Shown one piece after another: positions 9,111 to 16,730 of a stretch of DNA of 64,000 nt. How positions within the stretch are numbered: the stretch's first letter is position 1; each line of letters begins with the position of its first letter. Source of the DNA: an uncultured Alphaproteobacteria bacterium (GTDB lineage: Bacteria; Pseudomonadota; Alphaproteobacteria; Geminicoccales; Geminicoccaceae); contig CAWALL010000037.1 of the NCBI GenBank assembly GCA_963782885.1, positions 4,745 through 68,744 of the forward strand, given 5' to 3'. Under the pieces are notes generated by a model. The model did no database searches and was not told the origin of the DNA. It saw only the letters and a list, made by a program, of their open reading frames with translations. The position numbers and the translations under genes are program-made.

Positions 9111-10202
9111 TCAGCAGATCCTCGGCAGCTGCTCGCCGACCAGCATGTCGACGATCCGCTGGCCGCCGAAGACCGTGTCCAGCAGCACGGTGCCTTTGGG
9201 TGCGTCCTGGACCTCGCCGACCACGGCCGCAGCCCGGCCGAAGGGATGTCCGCGCATCGCCGCGAGCGCGGCTTCGGCGGCGCCGGGCGGCACCACCGCG
9301 ACGAGCTTGCCCTCGTTGGCGAGGTAGAGCGGGTCCAGGCCCAGGATCTCGCACATGCCCTTGACCTCCTCCCGGATCGGCAGCGCCCGCTCGTCGATCC
9401 GCATGCCGACGTCCGCAGCTTGTGCGAACTCGTTGACCACGGTCGCGAGCCCGCCGCGGGTCGCATCGCGCAGGCAGCGGACCTCGGGGCAGGCATCCAG
9501 CAGCGCGTCGATCAGCCCGTTGAGCGGCTGGCAGTCGCTCTCGATTTCAGCTTCGAGCGCAAGGTCGCCGCGGGCGTTCAGCACGGCCGCCCCGTGATCG
9601 CCGAGGAAGCCGTTGACCAGGATGACGTCGCCCGGCCGCGCGGTCGCGGGATCGAGATCGAGCCCGGCGCGGATCACGCCGAGGCCGGTCGTGTTGATGA
9701 ACAGCTTGTCGGCGGCGCCGCGCTCGACGACCTTGGTGTCGCCGGCGATCACCCGGACGCCGGCAGCCTCGGCGGCAGCGCGCATCGAGGCGACCACGCG
9801 CCGAAGCGTCGCCACGTCCAGCCCCTCTTCCAGGATCACGGCGCAGCTCAGGAAGAGCGGCCGCGCGCCGCCGACCGCGAGGTCGTTGACCGTGCCGTTG
9901 ACCGCGAGCATGCCGATGTCGGCGCCCGGAAAGAACAGGGGATCGACGACGAAGGAATCGGTCGTGAACGCCAGGCGATCGCCAACAGTCAGGAGTTCGG
10001 CGAGCGGCAGCCGCGCCTGATCGTCCAAAGCCGCGAGGATCTGGTTGTCGAAGCTGCCGACGAAGACGTCGTCGATCAGATCGCGCATCGCCTTGCCGCC
10101 GCCGCCGTGGGCGAGCGTGATCCGGGTATCGCGCAGCTTGCCGCTCCGCCGGTGGATGCCGCCGCCGCTGTCCGCCGAGACCGGCAGGGCGCGGACGCTC
10201 AT
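9111..10202 (-). CDS. hypE: Hydrogenase expression/formation protein HypE
   Basis: Start at internal ATG 10202 (MSVRAL...), which overlaps the hypD stop (ATGA). AIR-synthase-like fold motifs (LAHGGGG, TTDSFVV, NDLAV) and the C-terminal PRIC. Confidence 0.95.
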   Translation of the reverse strand: MSVRALPVSADSGGGIHRRSGKLRDTRITLAHGGGGKAMRDLIDDVFVGSFDNQILAALDDQARLPLAELLTVGDRLAFTTDSFVVDPLFFPGADIGMLAVNGTVNDLAVGGARPLFLSCAVILEEGLDVATLRRVVASMRAAAEAAGVRVIAGDTKVVERGAADKLFINTTGLGVIRAGLDLDPATARPGDVILVNGFLGDHGAAVLNARGDLALEAEIESDCQPLNGLIDALLDACPEVRCLRDATRGGLATVVNEFAQAADVGMRIDERALPIREEVKGMCEILGLDPLYLANEGKLVAVVPPGAAEAALAAMRGHPFGRAAAVVGEVQDAPKGTVLLDTVFGGQRIVDMLVGEQLPRIC

Positions 10203-11365
10203 CCGGCCGCGCTCGCGCGCGTCGGCCCGGAGCGCGCGCGCAGCCGCTCCGCGAGCTGCACGCCGCCGTAGTTGTAATAGGCGGCGCAGGCGCCTTCCGA
10301 CGATACCATGAGCGCCCCGAGCGGCGTCTCGGGCGTGCAGGCGCTGCCGAACACCTTGCACTGCCAGGGCTTGATCACGCCCTTGAGGACCTCGCCGCAC
10401 TGGCAGGATTTCGGATCGGCGATCTTGAGGTTCGGCACCGAGAACTTGCGCTCGGCATCGAAGGCGGCGTAGGCCTCGCGGATCCGCACCCCCGAATGGT
10501 CGATCGAGCCGAGCCCCCGCCACTCGAAGAACTCGCGCAGCTCGAAGACCTTCTGGACCGCCTCGAGCGCCGGGATGTTGCCCTGCTCGGGCACGACTCG
10601 CTGGTACTGGTTCTCGACCTCGCACCGCCCCTCGGCGATCTGCTTCAGGAGCATCCAGACCGACTGCAGTATGTCGAGCGGCTCGAAGCCCGCGACCACC
10701 AGAGGCTTCTTGTAATGCCCCGAGATGAACTCGTAGGGCGCGGTTCCGATCACGATGCTGACGTGGCCCGGCCCGACGAAGCCGTCGAGCGTGAGCTCGG
10801 GCGAGTCAAGGATCGCCTTGATCGTCGGGATGATCGTGATGTGATTGCAGAACAAGGAAAAATTCCGAACGCCCGTGCGCGCGGCCTCGAGCACGGTGAT
10901 CGCGGTGCTCGGCATGGTCGTCTCGAAGCCCAGTCCGAAAAAGACGACCTCCTTGTCCGGATGGCGCCTGGCGATCGCGAGCGCGTCGAGCGGCGAATAG
11001 ACCATGCGCACGTCGGCGCCGTCGGCCTTCGCCTGGAGCAGGCTTTTTTTTGAACCAGGGATGCGCATGGCGTCGCCGAAGGTCGTGAAGATTACGCTCG
11101 GGTGTTCGGCCAGCGCCACGCAGTCGTCGACCCGGCCCATCGGCAGCACGCAGACCGGACAGCCCGGCCCGTGCACGAACTCGATCTCGGCCGGCAGCAT
11201 GGTCTCCAGGCCGTACTTGAAGATCGAATGGGTGTGGCCGCCGCAGACCTCCATCAGCTGCAGAGGCCGCTGGCGGCAGGTCTCGATCCGGCCGACCAGG
11301 GCCTCGATCCGCCGGAGCAGCTTGCGTGCCTTCTCCGGGTCGCGGAATTCGTCGACGTACTTCAT
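10199..11365 (-). CDS. hypD: Hydrogenase formation protein HypD
   Basis: 388 aa. Motifs CGGHTHS, GPGCPVC, GFETT, PGHVS and the C-terminal CxxC cluster. Confidence 0.95.
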   Translation of the reverse strand: MKYVDEFRDPEKARKLLRRIEALVGRIETCRQRPLQLMEVCGGHTHSIFKYGLETMLPAEIEFVHGPGCPVCVLPMGRVDDCVALAEHPSVIFTTFGDAMRIPGSKKSLLQAKADGADVRMVYSPLDALAIARRHPDKEVVFFGLGFETTMPSTAITVLEAARTGVRNFSLFCNHITIIPTIKAILDSPELTLDGFVGPGHVSIVIGTAPYEFISGHYKKPLVVAGFEPLDILQSVWMLLKQIAEGRCEVENQYQRVVPEQGNIPALEAVQKVFELREFFEWRGLGSIDHSGVRIREAYAAFDAERKFSVPNLKIADPKSCQCGEVLKGVIKPWQCKVFGSACTPETPLGALMVSSEGACAAYYNYGGVQLAERLRARSGPTRASAAG

Positions 11366-12054
11366 GCCGGTTGCTCCCTGCCGAGGTTACCCCGGTCGTC
11401 CGCGAGCAGCGTGTGCACCAGATCCCAGATGATGTGATAGGTAACGACGTGCACCTCCTGGACGCGGTGGATGCTGTCGGTGCGCACCACGAGACAGTGA
11501 TCGAGGTCGGGGCTCGCCGCCATCTTGCCGCCATCGCCGCCGGCGAGCCCGATGGTCGTGAGCCCCATCGCCTTGGCCCGTGCGTAGGCTGCGAGCAGGT
11601 TCGCGGAGTTTCCGCTCGTGGAAAAACCGATCAGGCCGTCGCCCTCGCGGGCGTGCGCGATCACCTGGCGGACGAAGATGTGCTCGAAGCTGACGTCGTT
11701 GCCGACCGCGGTCAGCATCGCGACGTCGGAGGTAAGGTTGATCGCGGCGAGCGCCGGCCGGCCGGCCGTGATCGGGTGCAGGAACTCGACCGCGAAATGC
11801 GCGGCATCGCAGCTCGAGCCGCCGTTGCCCATCGCGAACATGCGGCCGTTGCATCGGTAGACCTCGGCGATCGCGCGCGCGGCGTCGACTAATACTTGCG
11901 CGTTCTGTTCGAAAAACGCCCGCTTGACCTCGACGCTGTGGCCGGCTTTCTGGCGCACGGATTCGAGCAGCGCCGCGCCCTCTTTGGCCGGGTCCTTGTG
12001 GCCGCCGTGGAGAAAGGGGTAGAGCTGGCGCAGCTCGTCGCGTGGCTCGGCCAT
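11362..12054 (-). CDS. SIS-domain (GmhA / phosphoheptose-isomerase-like) protein embedded in hyp operon
   Basis: Start at internal ATG 12054 (MAEPRDEL...). SIS motifs GNGGSSCDAAHF and FSTSGNSANL. Its stop overlaps the hypD ATG (ATGA), and its start lies 2 nt after the hypC stop. Confidence 0.85.
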   Translation of the reverse strand: MAEPRDELRQLYPFLHGGHKDPAKEGAALLESVRQKAGHSVEVKRAFFEQNAQVLVDAARAIAEVYRCNGRMFAMGNGGSSCDAAHFAVEFLHPITAGRPALAAINLTSDVAMLTAVGNDVSFEHIFVRQVIAHAREGDGLIGFSTSGNSANLLAAYARAKAMGLTTIGLAGGDGGKMAASPDLDHCLVVRTDSIHRVQEVHVVTYHIIWDLVHTLLADDRGNLGREQPA

Positions 12055-12056
12055 GA

Positions 12057-12335
12057 TCAGGCGTCCTGGGCCTGCATGGCTTCCAGCTCCTGCTGCATCT
12101 CGCCGAGCTCGGCCAGCACCGCCAGCGTCTTTGCGGCCTCCTCCTCGTCGATCCGGCTCATCGCAAAGCCGACGTGGACCAGCACCCAGTCGCCGACGCA
12201 GGCCTCGATCGGGTGCTGGTCGTCGATCACGCAGTGCAGGTTGATCTCGCGCCGGACGCCGGAGACGCTGACGATGCCGCGGCTGTTCTCGGGATCGCTG
12301 ATCGCGACGATCTGGCCCGGGATTCCTAGACACAT
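12057..12335 (-). CDS. hypC: Hydrogenase assembly chaperone HypC/HupF
   Basis: 92 aa starting MCLGIPGQI (conserved N-terminal Cys). Its start overlaps the hypF 3' end by 10 nt. Confidence 0.95.
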   Translation of the reverse strand: MCLGIPGQIVAISDPENSRGIVSVSGVRREINLHCVIDDQHPIEACVGDWVLVHVGFAMSRIDEEEAAKTLAVLAELGEMQQELEAMQAQDA

Positions 12336-14731
12336 GTCAGCGCCTCCCGATCGGTTCGTGGCATCTGCGCCCGCGCCGCGGCGACCGCCGCCTGACCCAG
12401 CGAAAGACCGCCGTCGCCCGCCGGCACCAGGCGGTGGCTGAGCACGGTCAGGCCGCGCGCCCGCAACCCTTCGCTGACCCGCTCGAGCAGCAGCCGGTTC
12501 TGGAACACGCCGCCGGACAGCGCCACGGGCTGGGCAGGCCCATCGCTCAGAGCCCCTACCAAGTCCAAGATTGTATCTGCCAGCCCCAGATGGAAGCGCG
12601 CGGCCATCACCGGGACCGGCGTGCCCCGTGCGAGGTCGGCGAGCAGCGCCTGCCACATCGGCGCAGGATTGAGAACGCTCTGCCCGACCGCGCGCTCGAT
12701 TGCCAACAGGTAGCCACTGCCCGCGGCGTCCAGCGCCGCGGGATCGATGCAAGCCTCGAGCTCGAGCGCGGCTTGGCCCTCGTAGCTCGCCTGCCCGCGG
12801 CAGATGCCGAGCGCCGCGGCGACCGCGTCGAACAGCCGGCCGCAGGAGCTGGAGAGCGGGCAGTTCAGGCCCTTGGCCAGCATCGCATCGAGGGTGGCGA
12901 GCGGCCGAGCCCGCAGCCAGGCAGCGAGCTCCAGGCGGCCGTGCTCACGAACGAAGCGCTCCCAGCCGAACGCTTGTCGAAGATGAGCATAGGTGCTGCG
13001 CCAGGGTTCACGGATCGCCTGGGCGCCGCCCAGCATCGGCACCGGCCGGAAATGTCCGACGCGCCTGAAGCCGCAATACTCAGCCCGGAGAAACTCGCCG
13101 CCCCAGATCGTGCCGTCCTCGCCATAGCCCAGGCCATCCAGGGCGACGCCCAGCACCGCTCGGGCGCCGAGCGGCACGTCGTTCTCCGCGAGGCAGGCGG
13201 CGATGTGGGCGTGGTGGTGCTGGACGTCGACGAGCTCGAGCCCGGCCGCCTCGGCGATCTGACGGCCGAGCTTGCTCGAGAGATAGTCCGGGTGCCGGTC
13301 GACCACGACGAGCTCCGGTTCGTGCTCGAGGAGCCCGCGGTAGAGGGCGAGGCTGGCGCGATAATCGGCGAAAGTCGCGGCGTCCTCGAGATCGCCCATG
13401 TGCTGGGACAGGGTCGCGCGGCCATCCTGGACGAGGCAGAAGGTGTTCTTGAGCTCGCCGCCCATCGCGAGCAGCGGGGGTGCGCCAGCGAAGCCCTCGG
13501 GCAGCGCGAGCGGCGCCGGCGCATAGCCGCGGGCGCGCCGCAGCAGGCGCGGCCCGCGGTCCATGACTCGGACCAGCGAATCGTCCAGGCGGTTGACGAT
13601 CGCGCGATCGTGCATCAGCCAGTGGTCGGCGATGCCGGACAGCCTGGCGCGCGCAACCTCGTTGTCGGTGCACTGAGGTTCTTCGGAACGATTGCCGCTG
13701 GTCAGCACGATCGGCCGGTCGAGGCCCTCCAGCAGCAGGTAGTGGAGCGGCGTGTAGGGCAGCATGAAACCCAGCGTGCGCTGACCGGGGGCCACGTCCG
13801 GGGCAACCAGCTCCGGTCCGCACGCGTCGAGGACCACGATCGGCGCCGCGGCGCTCTTGAGGAGCGCTCGCTCCTCCGGGCTGACGCGGCAGTAGCGCTC
13901 GATCACCTCCAGCTCGCGCGCCATCAGCGCGACCGGCTTGTCGTAGCGGCGCTTGCGCGCCCGCAGGCGGGCGATGGCCTCGGCGTCGGTCGCATCGGCC
14001 GCGAGGTGGAAGCCGCCGACGCCCTTGATCGCGACGATCTCGCCCGCCTCGAGCAACGCGCGGGCCGCCCCGATGGGGTCGGCACTGGACGCGGCCGCAC
14101 CCTCCAGCCAGAGCTGCGGCCCGCAGACCGGACAGGCGTTGGGCTGGGCGTGGAAGCGGCGATCGCCCGGGTCGTCGTATTCGGCCTGACAGACCCGGCA
14201 CATCCCGAACTCGGCCATGCTGGTGCGCGCCCGGTCGTAGGGGATGGCGCGGACGATCGAGAGCCGCGGGCCGCAATGGGTGCAGTTGGTGAAGGCATAG
14301 CGATGGCGCCGGTCCTCCCGGTCACGTACTTCCGCAAGACAGGCGGGACAGGTCGCGGCATCTGGCACAACCCCGGTCCGGACTGGGCCGGCGTGGCTCG
14401 GCAGAATTCGAAATCCCGCCGGCGACGCCTCGTCGATGGCCAGGATTTCCAGGGCGTCAATGCGGGCGAGCGGCGGCGCCTCGGCCCCCAGGCGCCGGAC
14501 GAACCGCCGGCGCGCGGCGGCAGGACCCCAGATCCGGATCAGCACGCCCTCGGCGTCGTTCCGGACCTCGCCGGCGAGGCCGCAGTCCCTGGCCAGGCGC
14601 CAGGCGTGCGGCCGGAAACCCACGCCCTGAACCAGCCCGCGAACGCGGATCGCCTCGCCCGGCCGCTCGATCGGCTGCGGGGCGCCTGTCGGCTGGCGCG
14701 CTTCGAGGGCGATCGCCAAGATCGGCCTCAA
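12326..14731 (-). CDS. hypF: Carbamoyltransferase HypF
   Basis: Acylphosphatase domain (RVRGLVQGVGFRP). Two zinc-finger pairs (CPACLAEV...CTHCGPR and CRVCQAEY...CPVCGP). YrdC-like and Kae1-like domains. Start proposed at TTG 14731 because it overlaps the stop of the preceding small ORF (TTGA). The upstream in-frame ORF extension is Arg-rich and implausible. Confidence 0.9.
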   Translation of the reverse strand: MRPILAIALEARQPTGAPQPIERPGEAIRVRGLVQGVGFRPHAWRLARDCGLAGEVRNDAEGVLIRIWGPAAARRRFVRRLGAEAPPLARIDALEILAIDEASPAGFRILPSHAGPVRTGVVPDAATCPACLAEVRDREDRRHRYAFTNCTHCGPRLSIVRAIPYDRARTSMAEFGMCRVCQAEYDDPGDRRFHAQPNACPVCGPQLWLEGAAASSADPIGAARALLEAGEIVAIKGVGGFHLAADATDAEAIARLRARKRRYDKPVALMARELEVIERYCRVSPEERALLKSAAAPIVVLDACGPELVAPDVAPGQRTLGFMLPYTPLHYLLLEGLDRPIVLTSGNRSEEPQCTDNEVARARLSGIADHWLMHDRAIVNRLDDSLVRVMDRGPRLLRRARGYAPAPLALPEGFAGAPPLLAMGGELKNTFCLVQDGRATLSQHMGDLEDAATFADYRASLALYRGLLEHEPELVVVDRHPDYLSSKLGRQIAEAAGLELVDVQHHHAHIAACLAENDVPLGARAVLGVALDGLGYGEDGTIWGGEFLRAEYCGFRRVGHFRPVPMLGGAQAIREPWRSTYAHLRQAFGWERFVREHGRLELAAWLRARPLATLDAMLAKGLNCPLSSSCGRLFDAVAAALGICRGQASYEGQAALELEACIDPAALDAAGSGYLLAIERAVGQSVLNPAPMWQALLADLARGTPVPVMAARFHLGLADTILDLVGALSDGPAQPVALSGGVFQNRLLLERVSEGLRARGLTVLSHRLVPAGDGGLSLGQAAVAAARAQMPRTDREALTCV

Positions 14732-14850
14732 TGCTGCTTGCGTTCGCGGCCCGCGGACATCTTGCGGTAGTGACGTTTGATGTCCTTCGCGTTGGCCCCG
14801 ACGCCGAAGGCCGCCGCCACGATCACGATGATCCCGATGATCCATCCCAT
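14728..14850 (-). CDS. 40-aa single-pass membrane protein, translationally coupled between hydrogenase protease and hypF
   Basis: MGWIIGIIVIVAAAFGVGANAKDIKRHYRKMSAGRERKQH: one TM helix plus a basic tail. High GC3. Its ATG overlaps the protease stop (TAATG) and its TGA overlaps the proposed hypF TTG. Confidence 0.55.
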   Translation of the reverse strand: MGWIIGIIVIVAAAFGVGANAKDIKRHYRKMSAGRERKQH

Positions 14851-15395
14851 TATCTCGTACCTCCCGCGAGCTGGCCGCTCGCACCCGGTCGGATCGCGGC
14901 GGCGGTTCCGGCCGGACTGGCCAGCAGGTCCGCGACCACGCCCTCGATGATCCCGAGCGCCTCGTCCACGGCCGCCGTCACCGGCGCGCTCAGGCCCATC
15001 CCGCCCTCGAACTCGTCGCCGAGCGTCTGCGGCTCGCAACCGACCAGCACGATCCGCCGGCAGCGCCCGTCCATCGCGCTCACCATACGCAAAACCGTGG
15101 CGGGGTCGAGGTCATGAGGCGCCAGCATCAACTCCTCCGCCGCCGCCTCTCCGGGCTCCGGTTCGATGAGATAGATGCTGCCGGGCACGGCACCCTGACA
15201 TGTGGTGTCCACCAGCACCGCGGCATCGTAGCGATCCAGCAGGGCGTAGGTGAGGTCGATGCCGCGGATGCCGAAATCCATCAGGTCGACGCCGGGCGGC
15301 GGCTCGCGCCCGGCGAACCGGCGTGCGACCTCGACGCCAAAGGCGTCGTCGCCTTTGAAGATATTGCCGAGGCAGGCGATCAGGAGCGCGCTCAT
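14850..15395 (-). CDS. Hydrogenase maturation endopeptidase (HyaD/HupD/HoxM family)
   Basis: 181 aa. GNIFKGDDAFG motif, with later conserved Asp/His positions (LVD, PHDLD). Its ATG overlaps the stop of the upstream reading frame (ATGA). Confidence 0.9.
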   Translation of the reverse strand: MSALLIACLGNIFKGDDAFGVEVARRFAGREPPPGVDLMDFGIRGIDLTYALLDRYDAAVLVDTTCQGAVPGSIYLIEPEPGEAAAEELMLAPHDLDPATVLRMVSAMDGRCRRIVLVGCEPQTLGDEFEGGMGLSAPVTAAVDEALGIIEGVVADLLASPAGTAAAIRPGASGQLAGGTR

Positions 15396-16182
15396 GATGC
15401 CGTCTCCGGCTCGCCGAGGACCTCGATTTCCTCGGGCGAGAAGAAAAAGCGGTGGCCGGGCATGCGCGTGAGCCCGAGTTCGCGGCCCGGATCGTCGTCG
15501 ACCGCGACCGCGACATGCAGCCGGTCCCCGAAATCGCGCTCGATCGCCTCTTCTCCATGATGTCGGCGCCGCCCTGCGGGTGCAGGCGGACGCGAGCGCC
15601 GACCTGGAGCGCGAGGCCGCGGTCGCGGACGCAGGCGAGCCTTGGTCCGTCGGGGTTGCGAAGCGTGCCGTGCATCGCCTGCCACTGGTCCGGCGTCAGC
15701 GCTTCGGTGCGCTCCAGCAGCGCCCGGGCGCGCGCGTCGACCGCCGCCATCTCGCGTTTTTCCGCGTCCGCCAGCGCGAGGATGCGCAGGCTCAGGATCT
15801 CGTCGATCTCGGTGCCATCGTACAGATCGCCCGGGCTCTCCGGCGCCACCTGCGGGTAGTCGTAGAGGATGATCGACGAGGACAGCAACGTGTCGCAGGC
15901 GTCCGGTTCACCCACCAGCACCGACCAGGTGCCGTGGTTGTTGCAGGCCGCGGCCGCCGCCGCGAGCGCAGCCGGCGGATCGAGCAGGGAGACGAACGCG
16001 CCATCGGTACCGAGGATCGTGTGGGTCAAGGCGAGCGCATGGAGCTGTGCGTCGCCGCGTTCGAGCGCCTCGGCGACCGGCGTCGTGTTGACGATGCCAA
16101 CGCTCAGTCGCAGCACCTCCTCGGTGATGCGCTCGGCCGACAGGCTGATCTCGCCGGTGACGGCCATGCTCGTGCGCAACAA
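15392..16182 (-). pseudogene. Hydrogenase-cluster-associated conserved hypothetical gene, frameshifted
   Basis: N-terminal frame (16182 downwards) gives ...SSSIILYDYPQVAPESPGDLYDGTEIDEILSLRILALADAEKRE...VRLHPQGGADIM. The plausible C-terminus EEAIERDFGDRLHVAVAVDDDPGRELGLTRMPGHRFFFSPEEIEVL is in another frame. That frame ends with an ATGA overlap onto the protease gene. The frames switch near 15550-15562. The upstream in-frame sequence DRGVFNFSGGRQLTPIR has no start codon. Confidence 0.6.
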
Positions 16183-16220
16183 CAGGCCAGAGATGCGATC
16201 ATCGGAGGCTCGAATTGGCG

Positions 16221-16520
16221 TCAGCTGGCGGCCACCGCTGAAATTGAAGACGCCGCGATCGGGCGCTGCCAGCAGCGCCCGATCGCGGGAACGCTCGCCT
16301 CGACCTCGCGCTCGACCGCCTCCTGCCAGGTCAGGTGCTGCTCGCCGCCGACCTCGAGCGCCTCGACCTCGGTGAACGGCGGCTCGCCATCATCGAGCCG
16401 GGTCGCGGAGCCGCCGCGCACCAGGCATTGGGTCTGCATCCGACAGGCATCGCCGGTCGCGCCCGAATCGGTATAGCGCTCGACGTCGGCACCCGCCACC
16501 TCGAAGTCGAGTTCAGGCAT
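16221..16520 (-). other. Coding-like fragment of uncertain identity (99-aa ORF) between response-regulator stub and hydrogenase-associated gene
   Basis: Very strong GC3 periodicity through most of the ORF (MPELDFEVAGADVERY...PPFTEVEALEV...). Periodicity decays in the last codons, where the next gene's frame takes over. It may be the 5' part of the downstream broken gene or the middle of a broken receiver domain. Confidence 0.3.
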
Positions 16521-16730
16521 GGCCGCAGCCCTGCAGGCTGTCGGGCTCGGTTCGGAGCCAGGCGAAGAAGTCGCCGATCGCCTGCCAGGCCTCCGTGCCG
16601 CCGGACAGCCCGCGCCAGTGGCGCCGGATCAGGCCGACCAGCGCAGGCCGGCGCCGCGCAGCGTGCGCACGAGCGCCTCGAGAAAGCTCGGCTCGTCGTC
16701 GATCACGAAGGCGGCCGGGTCGGAGGACAT
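16513..16730 (-). pseudogene. Response regulator receiver domain stub (frameshifted/truncated)
   Basis: ATG 16730 gives MSSDPAAFVIDDEPSFLEALVRTLRGAGLR and then a stop at 16629. A second frame continues with good GC3 (...GLSGGTEAWQAIGDFFAWLRTEPDSLQGCGHA) to 16513. No complete receiver or output domain is present. Confidence 0.5.

Noticed and set aside
8484-14770. Plus-strand ORFs of 595 and 778 aa antisense to hypA-hypE and hypF
   Set aside because: They are antisense shadows of clearly identified hyp genes. They have no motifs and biased R/A/G/P composition.
16221-16520. Assigning the MPELDFEVAGADVERY... ORF to the DUF6084 family of group-1h hydrogenase clusters
   Set aside because: Only the first about 16 residues resemble my recollection of that family. 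The rest does not, and an alternative reading as a degraded receiver domain is equally plausible.
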